Both the position numbers and the translations under genes were made by a program. From Octopus sinensis (Eukaryota), in NCBI RefSeq assembly GCF_006345805.1, contig NW_021833507.1, positions 1 to 28,973 on the forward strand: a stretch of 28,973 nt of DNA. Direction: 5' to 3'. How positions within the stretch are numbered: position 1 is the first letter of the stretch; each line of letters starts with the position of its first letter. The notes under the pieces are model-generated. The model had not been told where the DNA came from. It searched no databases and was given only the letters and a program-made list of their open reading frames with translations. Shown in pieces: positions 1 to 10,700 of the stretch.

Positions 1-83
1 TTTAGTCTTCTTATGTCTCAAATAGAAGCAATAATTAAATAAATGAGAGGACGTCAACAACCGAGGTCAGCTTACTGATTGCT

Positions 84-84
<1 letters not shown>

Positions 85-120
<36 letters not shown>

Positions 121-445
121 AACACAACACACAACACAAACACACACACACACGCACACACATACACTCTCTCTCTTTCTCTCTCTACATTACGTGGGCG
201 CATGCACACACACACAAAACACACACACACACACACACAAACACACACAAACACACAAACACACACACACATACACTCTATCTCTACATTACGTGGGCGC
301 ATGAACACACACACACACGCACAACACAACACCTTACATTCACATACGTGACCAGTTACACAAAGCCCAACATATGTGTACACGTGACCACAACACACAC
401 ACACACACCACACACACACATGTTACACATTACACACACACGCGC
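85..445. repeat. (CA)n-rich compound microsatellite containing a short duplicated unique unit
   Basis: Long CA runs; the 23-mer tctctacattacgtgggcgcatg occurs at 182-204 and 281-303. Confidence 0.9.
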
Positions 446-594
446 ATAGAAACACAGTGGCATTCAACAATGCAGAGCAAAGCAGAGACAAACAATTATA
501 GGAAAGGAAGGAAGCGAAACATGTGTGCACATGTGTGTGTGTGTGCATACGTTTGTATGCCGTGTGTGTTTGCACGCGTGTTTATATATGTGTG

Positions 595-639
<45 letters not shown>

Positions 640-1341
640 ATATGTGTGTGTGTACTGTAATGTGAAGATATGTCTATGTATGATGCGTGTGTGCCAGCAC
701 TGCTTCGGCAGAATTACTTAATAAAATATAGCCACAGGATTGATTGCGTGCTTGAGAGCGTGTCATCAATAATCGAACTTGTTTGATCACATATGTAACA
801 CTGGTTGACTTCTGTGTGTATGAACGTATACTGTGAAGTCAGGGGGTTCGTACTGAGACCAGAGCGAATTGCAACCATCAGCAAGCACATGTTGATGTAT
901 ATTTTAATTACCAAAACCTTAATTAACTTTACACGCGCCTGCTCTATCAAACATGTATACATACAACAATATACCGTGTCTTTAACTTCTTGGGGACACA
1001 CAGAAATAACCACACACACGCACACGTCATCATACATACAGTTAAAATAAATCAGATGGTCGACAATACATACATGATACTAATACAATGGTATATTTAG
1101 AACTAGTGAACTCGGACAGAAATACTGACGGGAAAGTATATTACATATGTAAATATACTGAACGAGAGAATCAGGCAAAAATAATTACACAGACGGGAAG
1201 GCACAAACAAATGTATATAGGTATGTATGTGTATGTATGTGTATACATTTATCTTTCTCTCTCTCTCCCTCTATGTATGTGTATATATATACATGTATAT
1301 AGTATATATATATATGTGTGTGTGTGTCTGTGTGTGTGTGT

Positions 1342-1377
<36 letters not shown>

Positions 1378-1379
<2 letters not shown>

Positions 1380-1575
1380 TAAATCCAAAAAGGAACACAA
1401 AAAACAACAACGCGAGGACGTGGTACATGTAAGGTATTTGTAGACTCTCAGGAAAGGAAAGATTGTTTAACGTTTCAAGTAGATGCTCTTCTTCGGAAAT
1501 AGTGTAAAGTCCCAAAGAAGGGAAAACGGAGGAAAAAAATCGCCAACGATTCACATGTGGTTACATTTTGAAATA
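1378..1575 (-). mobile_element. Possible Penelope-like element terminal-repeat fragment
   Basis: Unique island between (TG)n and (CA)n tracts. Minus strand 1496-1467 reads ccgaagaagagcatctacttgaaacgttaa, resembling a degenerate minimal hammerhead core (CUGANGA..GAAAC) of the kind found in Penelope pLTRs. Family call is inference. Confidence 0.3.
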
Positions 1576-1776
1576 ACTACAAGGTCACACACACACACAC
1601 ACTCACTCACACACGTATATGTGTATGTATATGCGTGTGGTAGTGTGCGTTGAACAGGTACGTTCAGATTTGCAGGCGAGAAAAGAATTCATAGCTTTAT
1701 AATACGGTATTTAATTCTATATGTACATGTACATGTATATGTATATGTGTATGTGTAAGTGTGGCTGTCCACCAAT

Positions 1777-1905
1777 TGTGACGACGAGAGATCCAGTTGA
1801 TCCAATAAATAAACGGAACAGCCCACTCGTGAAATTAACAAGCAAGTGGTTGAGTACTCCACAGACACACGTGACACAGAATGTTACAAGGCTGGCCCTT
1901 TGAAT
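1777..1905 (-). mobile_element. SINE family C, diverged 3' fragment
   Basis: Matches 13820-13980 (gacgacgag..gttgatcc..aacggaacagcc..ctcgtgaaattaac..ctccacagacac..caaggc.ggccctttgaa) with an internal deletion. Confidence 0.8.
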
Positions 1906-2140
1906 TAAACTTCAGTGCTTACAATTATATTTCACACGTTCGTCTACACTCGAAACTTAGAAGGACTGCCCCGGCGTAAGGCTCTCCCATCCCCTAGTTT
2001 CTGCGAGCGTGCTTAATGAAGTTTTATAACCCATATTTCAGACAACGCTGCTTGGTGTACTTCTGTTTAATATACATAAACAAACATAGATGTGCGTCTA
2101 TGTGTGCGCACGCGTGCATGCATATATGTATATGTAAATA

Positions 2141-2360
2141 CTCTCTTTACTCTTTTACTTGTTTCAGTCATTTGACTGCGGCCATGCTGGAGCACCGCCT
2201 TTTAGTCGAGCAGATCGACCCCGGGACTTATTCTTTGTAAGCCCAGGTACTTATTCTATCGGTCTCTTTAGCCGAACCGCTAAGTGACGGGGACGTAAAC
2301 ACACCAGCATCAGTTGTCAAGCAATGCTAGGGGGACAAACACAGACACACAAACATATAC
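2141..2360 (-). mobile_element. SINE family A, 3' half
   Basis: Reverse complement of about 18715-18937; ends where the internal (TA)/(CA) microsatellite of the family begins. Confidence 0.92.
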
Positions 2361-2567
2361 ACACACACTTATATATATATACATATATATATGTACATGT
2401 GTATATACATGAACACACACGCGCGCACACACACACACACCACACACACACACATATATATATATACATATATATATTATTCAAAGAAATTCCAACTCTG
2501 TTTTTTATGTTTTATTTATATTCTTTATAATATTAATGTAGAATATAGAATATATAGTATAAATAAT

Positions 2568-2622
<55 letters not shown>

Positions 2623-2632
2623 TATATATAAT
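2360..2632. repeat. (TA)n/(CA)n compound microsatellite
   Basis: Direct reading. Confidence 0.85.
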
Positions 2633-3113
2633 AAAATGAAATGAAGTATTGATTGTCTTATTGAATAGATGAATTATTGAATATAAAATATTAAGGGACT
2701 AGTATATTTTGTTGCATTATAGAAGTCTTCAAGGTCCCAGGTTGTGATACATACATACATACATACATACATACATACATACATACATACACACACACAC
2801 ATCGATACCATTTAATATATGACAGAACAACACGAGTTTTATGATCACTTCCTTAACTTATAAACAAATGTTTCTGATATAAAATACTGTACTTTAAGAG
2901 GTAGGTGTTTGTGCTCAATCGTATAGCTTCCTCGGAGCCATTAAAATTGCGTGTTTAAGTATGTTTATTTTGCAGAGCATTTACGTACTGCTTCGTAAAT
3001 ACATGAAGCTGGCTACATTCTGAACCTTATATATAGTAATATAATGTTGTTATAGTAATATAAAAGAGTTTGGGGGTATTTTTTCATATGCATTCTTACA
3101 CCTATATGATAAA

Positions 3114-3388
3114 AAAATAAATGCGCCCTCATTTAATGGCGGTTTCAATGGCGTATGTGCTCTCAAGCTGGACGGGACGCCAGTCCGTCGCAGCGTTTAC
3201 TCATTTTTGCCAGCTGAGTGGACTGGAGCAACGTGAAATATAGAGGAGCGAGAGGAAATGGGATTTTAAATTTCCGTTGAGGCTGCAGTTTTGCTCAAGA
3301 ACACAGCGCGTCGCCTGGTCCAGGAATCGAAACCACAATCTTACAATCATGGTGCTGACACCCTAACCACTAAGCCACGCGCCTCCAC
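3114..3388 (-). mobile_element. SINE family D, full length, tRNA-derived, 16-bp TSD
   Basis: Minus-strand head gtggaggcgcgtggcttagtggttagg (A box) and ggtttcgattcc (B box). Body includes gcgacggactggcgtcccgtccag (V-domain-like, inferred). Direct repeat acacctatatgataaa at 3098-3113 and 3389-3404. Confidence 0.9.
3239..3288 (+). repeat. 50-bp dispersed direct repeat, copy 1 (inside SINE D)
   Basis: tatagaggagcgagaggaaatgggattttaaatttccgttgaggctgcag; 49/50 identical to 12894-12943. Confidence 0.95.
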
Positions 3389-4354
3389 ACACCTATATGA
3401 TAAACACACATATCTCAACGTCAACGCATAGAGATATACCAAAAAGGACAGGCGAATACATATTTATAGACGCTCACATGAGAACAAAATATATAACTTA
3501 GGTAACTGGACATACGTACAACTCGATCAACCTCGACAGATATAAAAGTATGGAGACTGATTAGAAGTTGAGAGATATGTTAAAGATAGACCCAAGTAAA
3601 TCTGCATATCACCCTGAGATATACGTCATTTTCTATTTCTGCTTTGCATGTGCTGACGTTGTGTAGATAATTAAGCAGAAAGAAAGAAGATAATTCCGCA
3701 AAAATTAAGAAAGTAAGCAGGCAACCTGTGTGTGTTGGTAGGGTCTGCTAAAATGGATACTAATGGATACATATGTATCTATGCATGTATGTAATAATAT
3801 ATATATGTGGATGGATGTATACAGTTACACATACACACCCATTGCATAAACAATTTTGCGCTCTAAAACTTCAAGTAGGATGCCATGAAAATTATACGGA
3901 GAAATTACCTGCCTACCATCAGAACAGCCATAATTAATTTACGAACATCTTATTGCCTTTCTACAGACAACTGCAGTTCATATTTCGTATATTAATAATT
4001 TTTTCTTAATCTTTCTCACGATGAAGTGTCAAGGTTTGTACGTTTTATAATTATTCTTCTAAGCTTATTAATTCTTATTACATTAGAGCTTGTATTTAAG
4101 AATTAACGAGGATGATGATGATGATGAGGCGTGTGTGTATGTGTGTTTGTGTGTGTGTGTAAAGAAAGCAGAGGTAGTCAGAATTTGGATTAGGACTATT
4201 TATTTAGCGCTTTCATTGCTTTCGACGAAAGCGTTGTACAAATAGTTCCTATCCAAATCTTGACTCCGTTTTCTTAATATATAAAATCTGCCCACCATCT
4301 CATATAATCTACACACACACCACACACACACACATACACGTTGACACATATATA

Positions 4355-4502
4355 TTGGTTTCGAATTTTGATACAAGGCCAGCAATTTTGAGAAAGGAGT
4401 CATGTCAATTATATCGGCCACAGTACTCAACTAGGACTTATTTCATTGACCCCGAAAAGATGAAAGTCAGCGTCAACCTCGGTAGGATTTGAACTCAGAA
4501 CG
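4355..4502 (-). mobile_element. SINE family B, diverged partial copy
   Basis: Similar to 11760-11895 and 12010-12077 (caaggcc..aattttg..cgaaa.gatgaaag..gtc.acctcgg..ggatttgaactcagaacg). Confidence 0.8.
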
Positions 4503-4632
4503 CTGAATCTCCCCAAGAACTGCATTAAGGGTGCACGTGTGTGTGAAGTGTTCAGCCTCTAGCACGTTAATTTTACGAGCAAGCTATTCCTGGATCAACT
4601 GGAACTGTCGTCGTCGTAACCGACGGTGTACC
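4500..4632 (+). mobile_element. SINE family C, 3' fragment
   Basis: Reverse complement of about 13810-13948 (ttaagggt.cacgtgt..cgttaatt..acgagca..gtcgtcgtaaccgacgg); abuts the SINE B copy. Confidence 0.8.
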
Positions 4633-5030
4633 ACGAATGTAAAAAGAAGTACAATATAAAAAGAAAAAAGAAAAAAACCCTACATTTTTGAAACAATACG
4701 ATGTAATTTGAAGAAGACATTGTAAATTACTTATTTTTAGCAAGTCGGTTAAATAGAGACTTGGCGTTGCCTCAGATCGTTTTTGGCAAAATTTATGTTA
4801 ACAAAATGTGATATTCTACAGATGGGAAAACTTATTGTTTTGTACTTTCTCTTGCCATTTGTTCTTGCGTATTATTCTGAAATATTTAAGACGATCGCAC
4901 CACCTCCTTCCGCCATTTGTTCAGGCGCAACGTTAACTTCTGAACAGGATATGACACATGCAAGTTTGTTATAAAAGTACTTTGGCTTGCAAGACGACAT
5001 CAAGGTTTCTCTTGTAATATTCGCACACAC

Positions 5031-5154
<124 letters not shown>

Positions 5155-5970
5155 GATGACGGTGAACAGGTGTGGGCGCCGTTTGTGAGGCGCGCCTTCC
5201 CGCAGCTCGTCTCACTGACCGAACTGCAAACGTGGATCAAGAAGAGACCGAAACTGGGCGATTGGCACCGAGAGTGTCGCCAAGCTCTACAGCAGCTCTG
5301 CCGATCGGGGTCAAACTTGTGCAACTTACAAACGACTAAAGCGTTCTATAGAGGACTAGTGGAGGGGAGGTCCGACGACACACTCGGGGCAAACCTGGGC
5401 GTCGACGAGAAATTCCTAACCCGCCTGTTCAGGACGACGTTCGGCCGGGGCCTATGGATAACTTCCAGAAATCCATGGCTTGGCAATGCTATCGAGACGC
5501 ACTACCTGTTCGAGAGAAGAGCTGCAGGCACGGTTCGAAAACCATCACCGGACCGACCTGCCCGAGATGCGATCAGAGCGAGGAAACCGTTCTGCACACA
5601 CTTGTGCAGTGTCCAGATATTTCAGAGCTGTGGACCTTCGTCGAACAGCTGTTGTCGCGTGTAGGACGGGCCCGCTTATCGGCCGAGTCTATCGTGAATA
5701 TTGTTCCACCACCTTCCTTTAAACGGGAAGGGAAAACGGTTTTCGTTACGCTGATGGCTATGGCGAAAGAATGTGTGTGGTGGACGCGTTTGAAAGGACT
5801 GCAAACAAACACCTTCCTCTCTGGTCAGTCTCTCGTCAGCTTTTTCAAGTACCACTTGAAAAGGAGGATGAGAATAGTGAGGAAAGCTTTGTCGAACGAA
5901 TGTTTTAATAAAAAAGTGGGTAAAAGTGGTCAGTATGAAAGACGACACTATTTTAAGCGTGAATCTGTGA
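5155..5970 (+). pseudogene. ORF2 remnant of the Tx1-like element, two frameshifts
   Basis: DDGEQVWAPFVRRAFP..LFRTTFG continues after a 1-nt shift near 5445 into MDNFQKSMAWQCYRDALPV..CPRCDQSEETVLHTLVQC. A second shift in the A-run near 5910-5915 restores KWVKVVSMKDDTILSVNL with TGA at 5968-5970. Confidence 0.8.
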
Positions 5971-6267
5971 CCAAAAGAGACAACGAGAGGTAAGGCGACT
6001 TACTCATGTGTTCATTTCCGAACTGTCTGAGGTGACCTTAGTCTTTTTTGTAGGTTTTTCTTTCCAGGGCTACACCTAAACTGTGAACTTTATATATATA
6101 TATATATATTATATTTTTATACACCACACAACCCACAGATCCCTATTGATCGAACCTTTTTTTCTTTTGTATGTCCCACCCATCCCACCTCGAAAAGAAA
6201 AAAAACTCTACATTGTATTTCGTCCATTTTTATTCTGTGTTCAGCCCTGTGTGGCCACAATAAAAAG
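5155..6267 (+). mobile_element. 5'-truncated L1/Tx1-clade non-LTR retrotransposon (ORF2 C-terminus plus 3' UTR)
   Basis: GC-richer block with coding character and a zf-RVT-type region (AWQCYRDALPVREK..CPRC-x7-H-x4-C..W). Ends aataaaaag at 6259-6267 and is flanked on both sides by (TATC)n. Confidence 0.85.
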
Positions 6268-6268
6268 T

Positions 6269-6279
6269 TATCTATCTAA

Positions 6280-6370
<91 letters not shown>
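6269..6370. repeat. (TATC)n microsatellite, right flank of LINE
   Basis: Direct reading. Confidence 0.95.
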
Positions 6371-7305
6371 CATATTTATATATATACATATTTATATATA
6401 CACACACACACATATATATATATGTATAACGTATGTCTCTCTTCCCTCTCACTATATGCATGCATTTATATGTGTGTGTATGTGCATGCATATATATGTG
6501 TGTGTGTGTAAATATATGCGTCTGGCTGTCTGTATATTATATTCCACACACACACACAAACACACATATATCTGCCCTGTGAGACTGCATGTGTGTACGT
6601 ATGTATATATACAAACGTATTATTATACTTCATAATTATAATATTCGTATATATAATGTGTGTACGTGCGTGCGTATGTGAGTGTGTGTATATGAGTGTA
6701 TGTATGCACACATACATACGTACATACATGCACACACTCACATGACAACAACAACAATAACAGCAAGAACAGCAGAAAAATAACAATAGCCGGCGCAACA
6801 ACAGACATTGTTCGTTCACAGTTAACAGTTGTAACATAACTTAGTAAATAGACATTAATATTTCACTCGATAGTAATCTCAACGACCAATGTGTTTCTTA
6901 ATTGTAATAGAAATATTTTATGTTACTCGACCACTTCAATGTAGATGAATAAATACTGTTGTTGTATTCGTTCTCTCTACATTTAACGAACTATTTCAAC
7001 AATTGCCATTATATTAAGGCTTGTCTGACAGCGGTATTTGTGGATTTCTTTCTCAACTTCTCAGGTTAACCGTTGGTGGTCAGAACACAACTCGTATGGC
7101 TGTCATTCGTTATGTTTGTCTTTTCATAAACTCGTGTCACTTCTTTTATGTAACTTTCGCTCTCTCTCTCTCTCTCTCTCTCTCTCCACACACACACACA
7201 CACACACATATATATACATACACACATACATTTATATATATATATATATATGATACATACATATATACATATATAATATATAAATGCACATGCATACATG
7301 CGTAC

Positions 7306-7326
<21 letters not shown>

Positions 7327-7354
<28 letters not shown>

Positions 7355-7650
7355 AGTCCCGCTTCCATTTGACACTCGGTGGTGGTATGGTTACGTCTTC
7401 GTAACATAGCGTGTGTGTGTGTGTGTGTGTATACACACACACACACACGCACATCTTTCGTCTTTTATTTGTTTCAGTCATTACACTGCGGCCATGCTGG
7501 AGCATCACCTCGAAAGATTTTAGCCGAATGAATCGATCCCAGGACTTGTCATTATTTTCCTAACCGCTATGTTACGAAGACGTAACCATACCACCACCAC
7601 CACCACCGAGTGTCAAATGGAAGCGGGACTCACACACACACACACACACA
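7327..7650. repeat. Inverted repeat (fold-back), arms 7354-7411 and 7565-7631, extendable by (TG)n/(CA)n
   Basis: Arms are exact reverse complements except (GGT)3 versus (ACC)6. Confidence 0.93.
7460..7631 (-). mobile_element. SINE family A, diverged 3' half
   Basis: ttgtttcagtcatt..actgcggccatgctggagca..atcga.cccaggactt..aaccgcta.gttacg...acgtaa parallels 2150-2340. Confidence 0.8.
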
Positions 7651-7985
7651 TACACTCACACACACACGCGCGCGCGCTTATATACGTCTCCTAAACCCAT
7701 TCATAAGGCTTTATTCTGTCGGAAGAAAGGGAGAAGAAATCGACCCAGTATTCGACTGCTATGTCTATCCTCTTTCACGACAGGTATTTGGTTCCAAGAG
7801 ACAACACCGTGTTTAATGAATCAGTGATAAATGAATGATAAAACATATGAGGGAAACAGGATTCGTTGCATGACCCGAAGTTGAGCTCAGCATTGTGGAC
7901 GGTCACTAGGGCGAACTTTTGTGGTTCGAGCAGAATCTATGACAAATTACCGACCATTTTTTCTTTTTTTTTTTTTATCAGGTAG

Positions 7986-8276
7986 CAAGTCGAAAAATAC
8001 GCTGGCAGACAGGAACCACTCTTTGCGCAGGTAAAAAGACAGAAGCTTGCATGGTACGGTCATATAACCTGACACAATACCCTGTCCAAAACTATTCTTC
8101 ACAGTACAGTAGAGGGGAGGACGAAAGCGAGGCAGAGGAAATCTTGGTTTGGCAGCATTGAAGACTGGACAGGTGACAACAAAGCGAACCTGCAGCGCAT
8201 GGCAGAGAACATAAACCAGTAGCGACGGCTAAGTATAAAGCCGTCCAACGACTGGCCGCCTCAGTTAACAGATTTT
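7986..8276 (+). mobile_element. RTE-clade LINE 3' end (degenerate ORF C-terminus)
   Basis: One frame reads QVEKYAGRQEPLFAQVKRQKLAWYGHIT*HNTLSKTILHSTVEGRTKARQRKSWFGSIEDWTG, the RTE/BovB-type KL.W.GH..R..LSKTIL.G.VEG.R.RGRQRK.W...I..WT motif. Two stops; followed by a (GAT)n tail. Confidence 0.85.
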
Positions 8277-8400
8277 GATGATGATGATGATGAGGATGAT
8301 GATGGTGGTGATGATGATGATGATGATGATGAGGAGGAGGAGGGGAGGAGGAGGACGTCGACGACGACGACGGTGATGATGATGACAATGATGATGATGA
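8277..8400. repeat. (GAT)n/(GAG)n/(GAC)n trinucleotide array, RTE tail
   Basis: Direct reading; short tandem tails are typical of RTE elements. Confidence 0.9.
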
Positions 8401-8430
8401 AGTTATCCCAGGACAGAGATGAATGAATCA

Positions 8431-8838
8431 GGCGCAGGAGTGGCCGTGTGGTAAGTAGCTTGCTTACCAACCACATGGTTCCGGGTTCAGTCCTACTGCG
8501 TGGCACCTTGGGCAAGTGTCTTCTACTATAGCTTCGGGCCGACCAAACTCTTGTGAGTGGATTTGGCAGACGGAAACTGAAAGAATCCTGTCGCATATAT
8601 TTATATGCATATATATATATATATATGTTTGTGTGTTTGTGTGTCTGTGTTTGTCCCCCCAACATCGCTTGACAACCGATGTGTGTTTACGTCCCCGTAA
8701 CTTAGCGGTTCGGCAAAAGAGAACGATAGAATAAGTACTAGGCTTACAAAGAATAAGTCCTGTGGTTGATTTGCTCGACTAAAGGCGGTGCTCCAGCACG
8801 TCCGCAGTCAAATGATTGAAACAAGTAAATGAGTAAAG
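8431..8838 (+). mobile_element. SINE family A, full length (tRNA head, CORE-like block, internal microsatellite)
   Basis: Head ggcgcaggagtggccgtgtggtaag..ccgggttcagtcc, then CORE-like accttgggcaagtgtctt, a (TA)n linker and a 3' half ending gaaacaagtaaa; parallels 18522-18937. Confidence 0.93.
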
Positions 8839-9658
8839 ATGTACAAAGATAGATGGACTGTATTTAATGAAAGTCGATGAAAGTTGTTTGGTTGTGTTGT
8901 GTCCCCCCAAGAGATTCTGGACAAATATGACAATGAGGTCTGCCCGATGCTTTAACGACTTTGTCACTTTGCCATCTTGCAGTGTCGCTTAGGACAGCGA
9001 ATACGACGTGGCTTTGTTAGTGTTTCTAATATGACACAAGGTCAGGTAGCAAACAGTGAAACGAGCGGTTCGTTTTCTGATTCCAGAAAATAGGCTCAAA
9101 TCGCTTATACTCATTCTATGCATGCCTGGTGGAGATTTATGCATCATCGTTTTGCTATGTGGACTCCAAACTCATCAAATGAAATGGAGGAGAGTCTGTC
9201 AGATTCCTCGACATGCTGAATATTCTTTAGAATATAGACCATTATATCAAATAAGGGAAATACTGGAAAACGTAGCCCTAGCAACAATGTCTGAAAATAA
9301 GACGGCAGGGTCACATCTGGAACAACTTTTCTTGTAGGTCTGGTCGATAGAGGTTGAACAAGAGCTAAACGACAACAGTTACAACAACAAAAACAGCAGC
9401 AACAACAGCTGTCAGTTAAAAGGTCACTGGATCCATTAATAATTTTAGGGAGTTAAAATGGCGCCAGTCAGAAACTTGAAACCTAGAAATCTTTCCACGA
9501 AGCCATTTTCTTTGAAATTTAAAAGTGTAATTAAAGTTAGCCATTCCGTTAAATAATAAAATAAATCATTTGATTACTTAACCCAATTCTAACAAAAAAT
9601 GAAAGAGGCAGGGAGGGGGAGAGAGAGGGAAAGAGCGAGGAAGAGAGAATGAGAGAAT

Positions 9659-10034
9659 TTATTCTTTTATTGGTTTCAGTCATTTGATTACGGCCATGCT
9701 AGAGCACCGCCTTTAGTCGAAGAAATCGACCCCAGGGCTTATTCTTTGTAAGCCTAGTACTTATTCTATCGGTCTCTATTGCCGAACCGCTAAGTTACGG
9801 GGACGTAAATACACCTGAATCGATTGGGGGGACACAGACACGCAAACATATATACATATATGTATATATATGGGGGTTTCTTTCAGTTTCCGTCTACCAA
9901 ATCCACTCACAAGGCTTTGGTCGGCCCGAGGCTATAGTAGAAGCCACTTGCCCAATGTGCCTCGCAGTGGGACTGAACTCGGAACCATGTGGTTTGGGAA
10001 GCAAATTTCTTACCACACAGCCACGCCTGCGCCT
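9659..10034 (-). mobile_element. SINE family A, near full length
   Basis: Reverse complement of 8431-8838 along its length with a small internal deletion. Confidence 0.92.
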
Positions 10035-10573
10035 ATGAATAAAGTTAAAAAGTGAAATGTTCTAAAGATGTAATTATGGAGGCATAGCAATGGCGGATAA
10101 GTTTACCTTGAAAACAATGCTGTTTCCAGGCGTGTCCCTAGCAACACTGGACAGTTACTAGGTGACATCTAGGGGTCAAAGGCTAATTTGTTGAGGTTAA
10201 GTATGAAGAGGAGAGCCGGTCAAGTGTATTGCTTTGCAAAGGGTCTTATAATACTACCAAGACAGTCCTGTAGTTACAGTTTCAATCCGATCCTGCAGCA
10301 AGGCATCTTGAAAAAATAACTGCTACCATAATCTCGCATTATAAGTTAGATTTGGTGGATGGATGGAAACTGCAATGAAGCCCGCTGGAAGTGGCTGTTT
10401 CTGTCTCTTTCGTTTCAGTACCACCACCTGGTTCATTAGGTATTTTCAGCAAGGTCATTTTAATTACAAGCAATCAGATCCAGGTCTCTGATCCGAGAAT
10501 ATAAAGTGTGAATCAGGATTTAGTCACCTCTTTACCCTACCAATCTAATAAGCACTGTAAAAAACAGGGAGGG

Positions 10574-10700
10574 GGCGGAGAACTGGCAAAGTCATCAGGG
10601 TGTTGGACAAAATAGTTTGCTGAATTTGTCCGGCGTTCTACGCTCTGAGTTCGAATCTTACCGATATCACATTTACCTTCTCATTCTTTCGGGGACTGAC
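10574..10700 (+). mobile_element. SINE family B, old 5' fragment
   Basis: ggcgg..ctggcaaa..tacgctctgagttcgaat..tcattctttcgggg resembles the head of 12143-12030 (minus). Confidence 0.6.

Noticed and set aside
8261-8734. Recurrent similar peptides (SFSFRLPNPLTR.., YSFTCFSHLT..) suggesting a gene family
   Set aside because: All map to SINE A copies read in various frames.
9056-9337. 93-aa ORF in non-microsatellite DNA
   Set aside because: GTG start, no recognisable domain or splice structure; the region ends in a (CAA)n-like tail and is more likely decayed repeat.
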